NCBI GenBank assembly: GCA_043743635.1
Contig: JAYTWC010000571.1
Location: forward strand, 1-37,308
DNA: 37,308 nucleotides
Direction: 5' to 3'
Source of the DNA: Verrucomicrobiota bacterium
GTDB lineage: Bacteria > Verrucomicrobiota > Verrucomicrobiia > Opitutales > Opitutaceae
This document shows, one piece after another, positions 25,252 to 33,339 of this stretch. The position numbers and the translations under genes were made by a program. The notes under the pieces are model-generated. The model was not told the DNA's origin and ran no database searches. It saw nothing but the letters and a program-made list of their open reading frames with translations. Within the stretch, counting starts at the first letter, position 1. Every line of letters starts with the position of its first letter.

Positions 25252-27409
25252 CCCAATGCTGCCTCCCGTTCCGCCCGAACCTGCATCTGCGGAAGAGACA
25301 ACGCCCCCACCCCCACCGGTCAATCTCGGCCCCTTGGATCGGAAGATTGTCGACGCCTTCCCCGGCTTGGTTGTCCGCAAAGACATCACCAAGGGCCTGA
25401 AACAAAATGCGGTCGTGCCCACGTACGTTCTCGAATATCTGCTGGGCCAGCACTGCGCCACGGACGATGAGGCAACCATCCGCACGGGCCTGGAGTCGGT
25501 AAAACGGATTCTCGCCAAGCACTACGTTCATCGCAACGAAGCGGAATTGACGAAGTCGATCATCAAGGAACGCAGTCGGCACAAAGTCATCGACAAGGTG
25601 ACGGTGGAGCTGAACGACAAGATCGGTATTTATGAGGCGGAGTTTACCAATCTTGGCCTGCGCAAAGTACCCACGCCCGACGATTTCGTCCGCCGCCATC
25701 CTAAACTATTGGTAGGTGGAATCTGGTGTATCACGGAAATCACTTACGAGGTGAACGAGGATGGCAAGGCCAGCCCTTGGCACATCGATAGCCTCAAGCC
25801 GATTCAGGTTTCGAAAGTCGACTACGAGGAATACCTGAAAGCTCGGGCCAAATTTAGCACAGACGAATGGATCGACACGCTCGTACAGAGCCTCGGCTTC
25901 AATCCCGAAATGCTGACTCGCCGGGCAAAGCTACTTCAGCTGTTGCGCTTCGTGCCGTTCTGCGAACGTAACTACAACCTGCTTGAGCTCGGTCCGAAGG
26001 GTACCGGCAAATCTCACGTTTATGCGGAATTTTCTCCACATGGCATGTTAATCTCGGGGTCGGAAGTCACCGCGCCAAAACTTTTTGTCAGCAATTCATC
26101 GGGCAAGATCGGCCTCGTCGGCTTCTGGGATTGCGTGTGCTTCGATGAGTTCGCCGGAAAGGACAAGAAAGTCGACAAGGCCCTTGTCGACATCATGAAA
26201 AACTACATGGCCAACCGGTCATTTTCACGCGGCATCGAGCAGCTCACTGCGGAGGCCTCGATGGTTTTCATGGGCAACACCAAGAAGTCGGTCGCGTACA
26301 TGTTGAAGCACTCACACTTCTTCGAGCAGCTGCCGGACAAATATATCGATTCCGCGTTTCTCGATCGTCTGCATGCGTTCAGCCCTGGCTGGGAAGTCGC
26401 GCCGATCCGCAACGATCTTTTCACGAACGGCTATGGCTTCATCGTCGATTACTTCGCCGAAATTCTGAAACACCAGCGTACAGAAGATTTCACCAGTGCT
26501 TACAAGACGGGTTTTGAAATTACGTCTGAAATCTCCACTCGTGATCAGACCGGCCTTGAGAAGACATTTTCCGGGATGATGAAGATTCTGCATCCTCACG
26601 GTGGTGCCACGGCTGACGAGATCGAAGAACTGCTTTCGTTTTCGATGGAATGCAGACGACGCGTGCGGGAGCACTTGCTGCGCATCGACGACACCTTCAA
26701 GCCACACGACTTCATCTATCGCAGGAAGGATAGTGGCGCGACGAAGACCGTGCTCACGCCCGAGGAAATTCAATATCCGGCCTTCGCAGGAGCCCATCGC
26801 CCCCAACTCGATGGAGAGACAAATGAACCGCTCGCCGAAACCATCGCCAGCGCCACGGCCAACGAACCAATCAGTAAAATTGTGGCCCCTGCCGCCGTCA
26901 TACCCAAAATTGTAGCTACTGTTGGTGCACAGCCTGGGCATATCGTGATTCCGGAGAACACGAAGGGATGGAGCTATCGCCGGATATTCGCGAAACACCT
27001 AGAGGGCGCGCACAAAATCACCGTACGCGATCCCTTCGTTCGTGCATTCTTTCAAGCCCGCAATTTCATGGAGTTTCTCCAGGTCGTGCATGACGTGGTA
27101 CCCGAAGGCGACGAGGTGGAGGTGCATTTGATCACCCAGTCCGACATGGACACATGCGTGAAGCAGGAAGAAAACCTAAACCAATTGGTGCAGAGTTTTA
27201 CCGGCTCCCGTGTCGCATTCTCGTGGGAGTTAGACCACAGCCCCAACTTCCACGCGAGAAGCATTACAACAGACAGCGGCTGGAAAATCATGATCGACCG
27301 TGGTCTCGATATATTTCAACGCTTCGAGACCGGCGCTTTTTCTCTGGAGCAAGCAATGCAGGAAGCGCGGCTTACACGCGGCGCCGAAGTGACGTACGTT
27401 AAGCTTTGA
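25241..27409 (+). CDS. brxL: BREX Lon-like protease/ATPase BrxL
   Basis: 722 aa. It shows the typical BrxL N-terminal region (FPGLVVRKD...VPTYVLEYLLGQ), Walker A (GPKGTGKSH) and Walker B-like (CFDEFAG). It is the last gene of the type 1 BREX order. Confidence 0.9.
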   Translation: MSSDPMLPPVPPEPASAEETTPPPPPVNLGPLDRKIVDAFPGLVVRKDITKGLKQNAVVPTYVLEYLLGQHCATDDEATIRTGLESVKRILAKHYVHRNEAELTKSIIKERSRHKVIDKVTVELNDKIGIYEAEFTNLGLRKVPTPDDFVRRHPKLLVGGIWCITEITYEVNEDGKASPWHIDSLKPIQVSKVDYEEYLKARAKFSTDEWIDTLVQSLGFNPEMLTRRAKLLQLLRFVPFCERNYNLLELGPKGTGKSHVYAEFSPHGMLISGSEVTAPKLFVSNSSGKIGLVGFWDCVCFDEFAGKDKKVDKALVDIMKNYMANRSFSRGIEQLTAEASMVFMGNTKKSVAYMLKHSHFFEQLPDKYIDSAFLDRLHAFSPGWEVAPIRNDLFTNGYGFIVDYFAEILKHQRTEDFTSAYKTGFEITSEISTRDQTGLEKTFSGMMKILHPHGGATADEIEELLSFSMECRRRVREHLLRIDDTFKPHDFIYRRKDSGATKTVLTPEEIQYPAFAGAHRPQLDGETNEPLAETIASATANEPISKIVAPAAVIPKIVATVGAQPGHIVIPENTKGWSYRRIFAKHLEGAHKITVRDPFVRAFFQARNFMEFLQVVHDVVPEGDEVEVHLITQSDMDTCVKQEENLNQLVQSFTGSRVAFSWELDHSPNFHARSITTDSGWKIMIDRGLDIFQRFETGAFSLEQAMQEARLTRGAEVTYVKL

Positions 27410-27430
27410 TAACGTGAAGGCGCCGCGCCA

Positions 27431-27949
27431 ATGACACGTGAGCAATTCCGGGCAATCTATCCCCAACTAATTGACTGGATCGAACAAACGCTAGTTGATT
27501 ACTCGACCAAGACCCAGTCAGTGGTGTCGCTCCGGTTTCGACGACTGCCGCAATACTTCAGCAAAGAGTTCCTTGCGTCGGCAAAGGTTGTGCCGGTCGA
27601 AAATGTACCAATGCCGCCGCTCTCCAAATTCGGCGCAACGGATTTCGACGCATTTGAACAAATGGAGGCGGCCGGTATCACCTACCTCGATACCTTTTTC
27701 GTCAACCAACTTTACGCAACCGACGAGTCCCTGCATTTCCACGAGCTGGTTCACGTGGTGCAATGGAGCCTGCTCGGCCCCGAACGATTCCTCGCCGCCT
27801 ATGCCGATGGATTGGAGCACTTCGGCTACCGCAACAGCCCGCTAGAAACAATGGCCTACGACGCACAGGCTTGGTTTGAAGATAATCCGGCCCCGTTCAA
27901 TGCCGAACAGTCCGTTCAAAATCAATTACAACACCTAAATCTGATCTGA
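27431..27949 (+). CDS. Hypothetical protein with HExxH zincin-like motif
   Basis: 172 aa starting 21 nt after brxL. LHFHELVHVVQW is the only recognisable motif. Confidence 0.55.
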   Translation: MTREQFRAIYPQLIDWIEQTLVDYSTKTQSVVSLRFRRLPQYFSKEFLASAKVVPVENVPMPPLSKFGATDFDAFEQMEAAGITYLDTFFVNQLYATDESLHFHELVHVVQWSLLGPERFLAAYADGLEHFGYRNSPLETMAYDAQAWFEDNPAPFNAEQSVQNQLQHLNLI

Positions 27950-27956
27950 ACCATAT

Positions 27957-28796
27957 ATGCACTGTAGACGTTACTTCACCGCCCTCGTCGTTATAGCCGT
28001 CGGCTACCTTAGCCAGATCGCACAGGCCGATGTTCCTGAACTTGCGAAAATCAAGGCCGCAGCGGAGGCCGGCAATCCAGAAGCCCAATACGTCTTCGCA
28101 AAATCTTTTGGCGCCGGAGGCTCGGATTGGAAACGATGGATGGGTGCGGCGGCCGCACAGGGATATGGCCCCGCCGAAGACGATCTGGCCTGGACCTCAA
28201 ATTGGGCAATTTTCGCAACGTCACATTCAGATCCAAAGACAAAAGCATATGTCGTCAAAAATAACGGTGCACAAATGCGCCAAGCATTGATCCTCGCCAG
28301 TAGTGCAGCCGATAAGGGGTTTCATCACTCTAGGCTGCTCCTGGCCTACGCGTATAAAGAGGGATACATGGTGACCGTCGATCGAGTGGAAGCGTACAAA
28401 TGGGTACTGCTCGCAGGCGGCGACGAACTCCTTGCGGGCATATCAACCAGTTCGGTCAAAAACGAACTCGTCAAGTCGATGTCGATGACCGAAGTGAAGG
28501 AAGGCGAAGCTCGCGCAGAAAACTATCGCCCAGGTGAAACTGCGATTCTGATCCGAAATGCCATGATCGTTCCCAGACTGAAACTCGCCGGAATTGCATC
28601 CAGCGGCGGCGAACGCGTAGCGATTCTCAATGGAACGAAGATTTCCTCCGGCCAGAACGCACAATTAAGAATCGATGGCCTGACGGTGGAGATACACTGC
28701 GTCAGCATCGATGACAAGGAGGCCACCGTCACGCTCCCACCTGACGATACGCCAATCACGCTTCGAACTGGCAGCATGCGAGGCATCTCTCAATAA
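27957..28796 (+). CDS. Secreted Sel1-like (TPR-family) repeat protein
   Basis: 279 aa with an N-terminal signal-peptide-like segment (FTALVVIAVGYLSQIAQA/D). Sel1-type repeats are present (AAEAGNPEAQYVFAKSF; AAAQGYGPAEDDLAW; AADKGFHHSRLLLAYAY..G; EAYKWVLLA). There is a C-terminal beta-rich domain. Confidence 0.65.
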   Translation: MHCRRYFTALVVIAVGYLSQIAQADVPELAKIKAAAEAGNPEAQYVFAKSFGAGGSDWKRWMGAAAAQGYGPAEDDLAWTSNWAIFATSHSDPKTKAYVVKNNGAQMRQALILASSAADKGFHHSRLLLAYAYKEGYMVTVDRVEAYKWVLLAGGDELLAGISTSSVKNELVKSMSMTEVKEGEARAENYRPGETAILIRNAMIVPRLKLAGIASSGGERVAILNGTKISSGQNAQLRIDGLTVEIHCVSIDDKEATVTLPPDDTPITLRTGSMRGISQ

Positions 28797-28814
28797 CTTT
28801 CAGCCACTCCTAAA

Positions 28815-29330
28815 ATGCCTCCCATCCTCATTTTCGTCATCATAATCGCTTTTGTACTCGTGGCCGTTGTTGCCGTGCTGAAGGCAAAACTCGGCTCGAC
28901 CGACGACAACAAGGGCGACGGCAGCGCCTATGAATTGAGAGGCCCGATCCTGACACCGGCGGAACGTTCGTTCATCGGTGTATTGGAAAACTCACTACCT
29001 GACGGCATCAGCTTGTTGGCCAAAGTGCGTCTCGGCGACATCTTCAAACCCCGCAGAGGCCTCTCTCCTGCCCTCCGCACTCGCGCCGGCAATAAGATCA
29101 ACCAAAAGCACGTGGACTTTTTGCTCGTACGCACGACCGACGTCACGCCGGTAGCAGGAATCGAACTTGATGATCGCTCGCACGAACGAGCCGACAGAAA
29201 ACAACGCGACACCTTCGTCGATGAAGTCTTCCGCGCCTGCAATCTACCGCTCCTCCACGTCCCCGCGAAAGCCACATATAGCGTCACCGAACTACGCAGC
29301 CAGATCGCTGGAGTGATTCACCGCCAATAA
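28815..29330 (+). CDS. DUF2726-like membrane-anchored protein (restriction-endonuclease-like fold)
   Basis: 171 aa with an N-terminal TM helix (ILIFVIIIAFVLVAVVAVL). The pattern ILTPAERSF...LAKVRLGDIF...QKHVDFLLV...PVAGIELDDRSHE...RDTFVD is typical of DUF2726. Confidence 0.65.
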   Translation: MPPILIFVIIIAFVLVAVVAVLKAKLGSTDDNKGDGSAYELRGPILTPAERSFIGVLENSLPDGISLLAKVRLGDIFKPRRGLSPALRTRAGNKINQKHVDFLLVRTTDVTPVAGIELDDRSHERADRKQRDTFVDEVFRACNLPLLHVPAKATYSVTELRSQIAGVIHRQ

Positions 29331-29626
29331 TTCGCTTAGCCGTTTCCCAACCCTCGCGCATTTATCGTGAGCGGGCAAGACGGCAGCACGACACACGCCC
29401 GTGAAATCACATTCCCTCAACCCCAGACTTGACCAATCAAGTCGCAGCCACCTCCCTCGCCATAACCATCCACTTTCGCCAATAGTGTTCCATCTTTTAC
29501 CCAAGTCGCCCCGGACTCAGGCACAGTTCCGCCTCGCCTGCCCGACGCATATTGCTGCCACCCATAACGCTGGGTTCTAAAAACCATACGGAAGCGGAAA
29601 CATTGTTACTATATTTTCGGATTCTA

Positions 29627-29645
29627 GTCGGTCATCTATTGTCCG
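29627..29645. promoter_or_regulatory. Palindromic operator candidate, site 1: TCGGTCA-TCTAT-TGTCCGA
   Basis: 7-5-7 inverted repeat with one mismatch, 56 nt upstream of ATG29702 at the head of the small-ORF/WYL-regulator unit. The same motif occurs at 33273-33291 and 34691-34709. Confidence 0.55.
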
Positions 29646-29701
29646 ACCAATGGAGGTATTCTTAGGGCGTTTCAAAACCCACCCACCATCGTCCTCCTTC
29701 C

Positions 29702-29920
29702 ATGAACCGAACGCCCACCGCCGCCAAAATCACATCGGGTCGCATTGTCGATATCTATGATCGGTGCGGAAATTACCTGCACCGCGTCAATGTCAGCCCA
29801 CGTCAGGCAATCGCTGCCGTGGTCACACCGGATACGCTCACCGTCAGCCTCGTTGATGGACACGTGCAGGTGTTTGCACTGAGCAAAAATACTTCGCCCG
29901 TACTGCGCTACACTCGGTGA
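29702..29920 (+). CDS. Small hypothetical protein (72 aa) upstream of the WYL regulator
   Basis: ORF with GC3-rich codon usage similar to its neighbours. No motif recognised, and whether it is coding is uncertain. Confidence 0.35.
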   Translation: MNRTPTAAKITSGRIVDIYDRCGNYLHRVNVSPRQAIAAVVTPDTLTVSLVDGHVQVFALSKNTSPVLRYTR

Positions 29921-30000
29921 AAACGGCACGCTCAGGCAGCATCGTGAGTGTTCATGCTTGGCGGTGGTTCCTGTCCCAGCTAGGCTCGCTCCACCTCCAG

Positions 30001-30993
30001 ATGCCCCCCATCGCCAAGCTTTCACGCCCTCCGCTGGCCCGGATGCTCAAGATCGACGAATTGCTCCAGTCGGGAAAATATCCCAACTGCTCCTCCGTCG
30101 CCAAACTGCTGGAAATCTCCGTCAAAACCGCGCAGCGCGACATTGAGTTCATGCGCGACCAGATGAACCGACCGATCGAATACGACCAGCCCCATCGCGG
30201 TTATTATTACACAGAGAAAGTTTCGGGTTTCCCCACCGTTCAAGTGAGCGAGGGCGAAGTGCTGGCGCTCCTCGTCGCCGGCAAGGTCTTGGAGCAATAC
30301 CAAGGCACACCCTATGAAAAACAGCTCACCGCCGCCTTCGAGAAACTGACCGGCGCACTCGATCAGACGATCAGTTTCACGCCCGGCGCAGGACTGGCAG
30401 CCGTGTCGTTTGGTAGTGTCGGCCAGGCCGAGATGGATCTCACGACTTATGACGCGTTAAGCAAAGCCGTACTCGGCCGACACGAGATCGAGTTCGACTA
30501 TCGGAAGCCCGGTTCCAAAAAGCCCGAGCGCCGCCGCGTGCAGCCGTACCACCTAGCCTACCGCGACAACCTCTGCTACGTCATCGGCCAGGATGTCACC
30601 AAAAAAGCACTACGCCAGTTCGCCCTGCCGCGCATGAGCAACGTGAGCCTGCGCAAGGAAACCTTCACGGTACCGGCGGATTTTTCAGCCGAGGAGTATT
30701 TCAAAGGCGCGTTCGGCGCTCAAGGCGGCACCGGCGATTATCACGTGCGCATCCGCTTCGACGCCCAAGCCGCGTTCTATATTAAGGAACGTCGGTGGCA
30801 TCCGACTCAGAAAATAAAAGAACTGCGCGGAGGCGCGATCGAACTATCCCTCCACCTCAGCGATCTCGAAGAAGTCGAACGCTGGATACTGAGCTGGGGA
30901 GTGCATGCAGAGGTGATCGACCCCGCCGAATTTTCTGCGCAGATACTAAAAACTGTACATCAACTATATCTAAAATTATCACAGTCTCCATGA
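30001..30993 (+). CDS. HTH-WYL-WCX transcriptional regulator (BrxR/CapW/PafBC-like)
   Basis: Track ORF starts at GTG29917, but ATG30001 (MPPIAKLSRPPLARMLKIDELLQSGKYPN) fits the family N-terminus. The HTH is SSVAKLLEISVKTAQRDIEFMRD. The WYL core is RRVQPYHLAYRDNLCYVIGQD...LRQFALPRMSNVSL. The C-terminal WCX-like region is RWHPTQKI...WILSWGVHAEVIDP. Confidence 0.8.
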   Translation: MPPIAKLSRPPLARMLKIDELLQSGKYPNCSSVAKLLEISVKTAQRDIEFMRDQMNRPIEYDQPHRGYYYTEKVSGFPTVQVSEGEVLALLVAGKVLEQYQGTPYEKQLTAAFEKLTGALDQTISFTPGAGLAAVSFGSVGQAEMDLTTYDALSKAVLGRHEIEFDYRKPGSKKPERRRVQPYHLAYRDNLCYVIGQDVTKKALRQFALPRMSNVSLRKETFTVPADFSAEEYFKGAFGAQGGTGDYHVRIRFDAQAAFYIKERRWHPTQKIKELRGGAIELSLHLSDLEEVERWILSWGVHAEVIDPAEFSAQILKTVHQLYLKLSQSP

Positions 30994-31598
30994 AATCACT
31001 GCCCATCGATAAGAAAGCAAAGTCGCAATGGGAACGAGCACAACATGCATACGATCATTATAGACTTTACGTGACCAATAAAAATGGCAATGCGCCCTTT
31101 GCCTTATCATTTATCGACTTTATTTACGTAAAGAATTTCAAAGGCGGTTCTGCCACAATAGCTGAGCCACGTGAATCTTTTGATAAGAAGAAGATTGTTT
31201 ATGAAAAAAAATTAGAGGCGTTCGCTTCTTTCACAAAAAAGAAATGGGCTGCAATGAATGATTCCGAGCATAAATCCTTGAGCGAGCAGATAGTTTCCTT
31301 TGCAGCTATTCCAAGCCATGATGAATCACATATATCTGGTTTCGGTGAGTCATTTTCATCGGCATTGCTGCATTTTCATTTTCCTAATCATGCTCCTATT
31401 CTTGATAAGCGAGCCCTCAATGGAGCAAGAATCGATGGAATGATAGTAGATGCATATAAAAACGTCAAAAATATGCTTAGCCTATACCCTCGTTTATTAG
31501 ACTTTTTTTATGAACGCTTGAAAGAAAACAAAGAAAGTACTGTGCGGGTAATTGATCAGGAATTATTTATTCAACCCCTTAGGGCACCTCTTAAATAA
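30990..31598 (+). CDS. Orphan hypothetical protein, strongly low-GC
   Basis: 202 aa from ATG30990, internal to track ORF 30795..31598, with ATGA overlap to the WYL gene stop. Hand counts over 31021-31260 give about 33-42% GC, against about 55-60% in flanking genes. The protein is K/F/N-rich and no family is recognised. Confidence 0.6.
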   Translation: MKSLPIDKKAKSQWERAQHAYDHYRLYVTNKNGNAPFALSFIDFIYVKNFKGGSATIAEPRESFDKKKIVYEKKLEAFASFTKKKWAAMNDSEHKSLSEQIVSFAAIPSHDESHISGFGESFSSALLHFHFPNHAPILDKRALNGARIDGMIVDAYKNVKNMLSLYPRLLDFFYERLKENKESTVRVIDQELFIQPLRAPLK

Positions 31599-31617
31599 GT
31601 ATATTGTATTTGCACAC

Positions 31618-32394
31618 TCAGTACCCCAACTCCATCCTCGCCATCATTTCCTCCGACAGGCCTGCCGCTTTCATCACAGCGATGCAGGCCTTTATATTGT
31701 AGGCGACACGGATGAAGGTCGCGCTGAATTTGTCAGTATCATAAATCATATATTGTGCTCGCGGGTCCGGTTGGTGAATCGGTGTGCGCGGGTTTCCGAC
31801 GCTCCCTGGATTTAGCGCGTAACGGAAGTTCGGTCCCAGCCTGAACGTGCAGGTTTTCGGTTGTGCAGGGATAAACCGATCTCCGCCTTCCTGCCAGAAA
31901 CCAGCCGCGTGCGTGTGCCCGTAAAAGGCGGTACGCGTGGGTTGCCTCCGAAACGAAGCCGCCGCCTCATTCGGCGTGTCGAGATAGCCCCACTTCTCCG
32001 GCTGATGAAAACTGCCATGCGTACACGCCACGCCCCATGCCTGAGCGGTGTAGGGCAGTTGACGCAGCCAATCCCTCGAATCCTTCGTCGATCGGCGCTT
32101 CGTGCAGTCCATTCCCGAAATCGCCGTCGGCGCAGTTTCCTCAGGAGGCATGGCAACGGGCTGCAACGCCCAAACATCATGGTTGCCTTTGACGGTGACC
32201 GCCCCAATCGACCGAACCAGTTGAACACATTCCTCCGGCTGCGCGCCGTAGCCCACGATATCACCGAGGCAGAAGAAGCCGTCCGCACCGCGTCGCCGGG
32301 CGTCTTTCAACACGGCTTCGAATGCGTGGAGATTCGCGTGAATGTCGGAGAGCACGGCGATCTTCATAATATTACGGGATGATTGCTGAAGCAT
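31618..32394 (-). CDS. Metallophosphoesterase (YfcE/MJ0936-like), paralog 1
   Basis: Motifs are LSDIH, GDIVGYG, GNHD, THGS and GHTH. An alternative start is ATG at 32367 (MKIAVLSDIH). It lies 4 nt downstream of the LRR gene stop. It is a paralog of the partial CDS at 36657. Confidence 0.8.
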   Translation of the reverse strand: MLQQSSRNIMKIAVLSDIHANLHAFEAVLKDARRRGADGFFCLGDIVGYGAQPEECVQLVRSIGAVTVKGNHDVWALQPVAMPPEETAPTAISGMDCTKRRSTKDSRDWLRQLPYTAQAWGVACTHGSFHQPEKWGYLDTPNEAAASFRRQPTRTAFYGHTHAAGFWQEGGDRFIPAQPKTCTFRLGPNFRYALNPGSVGNPRTPIHQPDPRAQYMIYDTDKFSATFIRVAYNIKACIAVMKAAGLSEEMMARMELGY

Positions 32395-32398
32395 CCTC

Positions 32399-33250
32399 TC
32401 AGGCTTCCTCCGCAGAATCGTGCTCCGTCAGCTCTTGGTAAAAGGGCGAACTGTGCAGGTTGCGGTTCCAGACCAGAAGCAGTCCGCGCTCAGCGCAGAC
32501 ATCCGAGAAGCGACGGGCCTCGGCGGCGGGCACGCAAAAATCGCAACACGACAATCCACGGAGTGATGGCATTTCCAGGACAAACCATGGAAGCGCCTGA
32601 AGCGGGTTGCCGTCCGCATGGAGAAAGCGCAGGTGGCCCAGGTTGATGAGCCCGCCGGGAAGTTCGCGCAACAGATTGTTATCCACGCGCAATTCGCGTA
32701 ACTGGCGCAAACCGCCAAACGAACCATGGAGCTTACTCAGACGATTATTTGAGAGCGTGAGGTGAGTAAGCCGACGGCACAGGCCGAGGCTCGATGGAAT
32801 CGCAGGCAGCTCATTGCCCAACGTGAGATGGCGCAGTTGAGTGAGGCGGCCGATACTGAACGGTACGGATTCTAGGTTCCCACCAGCGACGATGAGTGTC
32901 TTGAGCTGCGCCAACTCTCCGATGCGTTCGGAAATATTCCGCACCTGAGTAAAACTGAACTCCAGCATTTCCAATTGCTGAAGCGCGTCGATGGCATCCG
33001 GGATTTTTCCGATCCGGTTGCCCATGAAATAGACCTTTCTCAATTCAGTGCAGGAAAAGATCTCGTTCGGTATCTGTTGAAACCGGTTCATATTCGCGTC
33101 CAGCGAGGTAATGCCTGTTGTGCGCGGCAGAGCGAAAGGCCACTGCTCAAGATCGCGACAAGCAACATCGAGTCGTCCTTTTTCCGAATCGAAACAGTGG
33201 TCGAAATCGAGAGGCGCATTGCCCAGTGGTGATTCGTTTTCATTTTGCAT
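32399..33250 (-). CDS. Leucine-rich repeat (LRR) protein
   Basis: 283 aa with about 9 tandem repeats of roughly 23 aa, of the LxxLxLxxNxLxxLP type (e.g. LTHLTLSNNRLSKLHGSFGGLRQLRELRVDNNLLRELPGGL). Confidence 0.8.
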   Translation of the reverse strand: MQNENESPLGNAPLDFDHCFDSEKGRLDVACRDLEQWPFALPRTTGITSLDANMNRFQQIPNEIFSCTELRKVYFMGNRIGKIPDAIDALQQLEMLEFSFTQVRNISERIGELAQLKTLIVAGGNLESVPFSIGRLTQLRHLTLGNELPAIPSSLGLCRRLTHLTLSNNRLSKLHGSFGGLRQLRELRVDNNLLRELPGGLINLGHLRFLHADGNPLQALPWFVLEMPSLRGLSCCDFCVPAAEARRFSDVCAERGLLLVWNRNLHSSPFYQELTEHDSAEEA

Positions 33251-33272
33251 GAAATCACCCTATCAAACGGCA

Positions 33273-33291
33273 TCGGACATTCGCTGTCCGA
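33273..33291. promoter_or_regulatory. Palindromic operator candidate, site 2: TCGGACA-TTCGC-TGTCCGA (followed by GTGAA)
   Basis: Perfect 7-5-7 inverted repeat in the 89-bp gap between the 442-aa gene and the LRR gene. It lies 22 nt from the LRR start codon. Confidence 0.55.
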
Positions 33292-33339
33292 GTGAACATG
33301 TTGCTCACGTTTTCATGGTCTGTGACGGTTACTCACGAG

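Noticed and set aside
29426-29443. Hairpin GACTTGA-CCAA-TCAAGTC in the 370-bp gap after the DUF2726 gene.
   Set aside because: The stem is only 7 bp, there is no following T-tract, and it lies about 100 nt from the nearest stop. This is not convincing as a terminator or operator.
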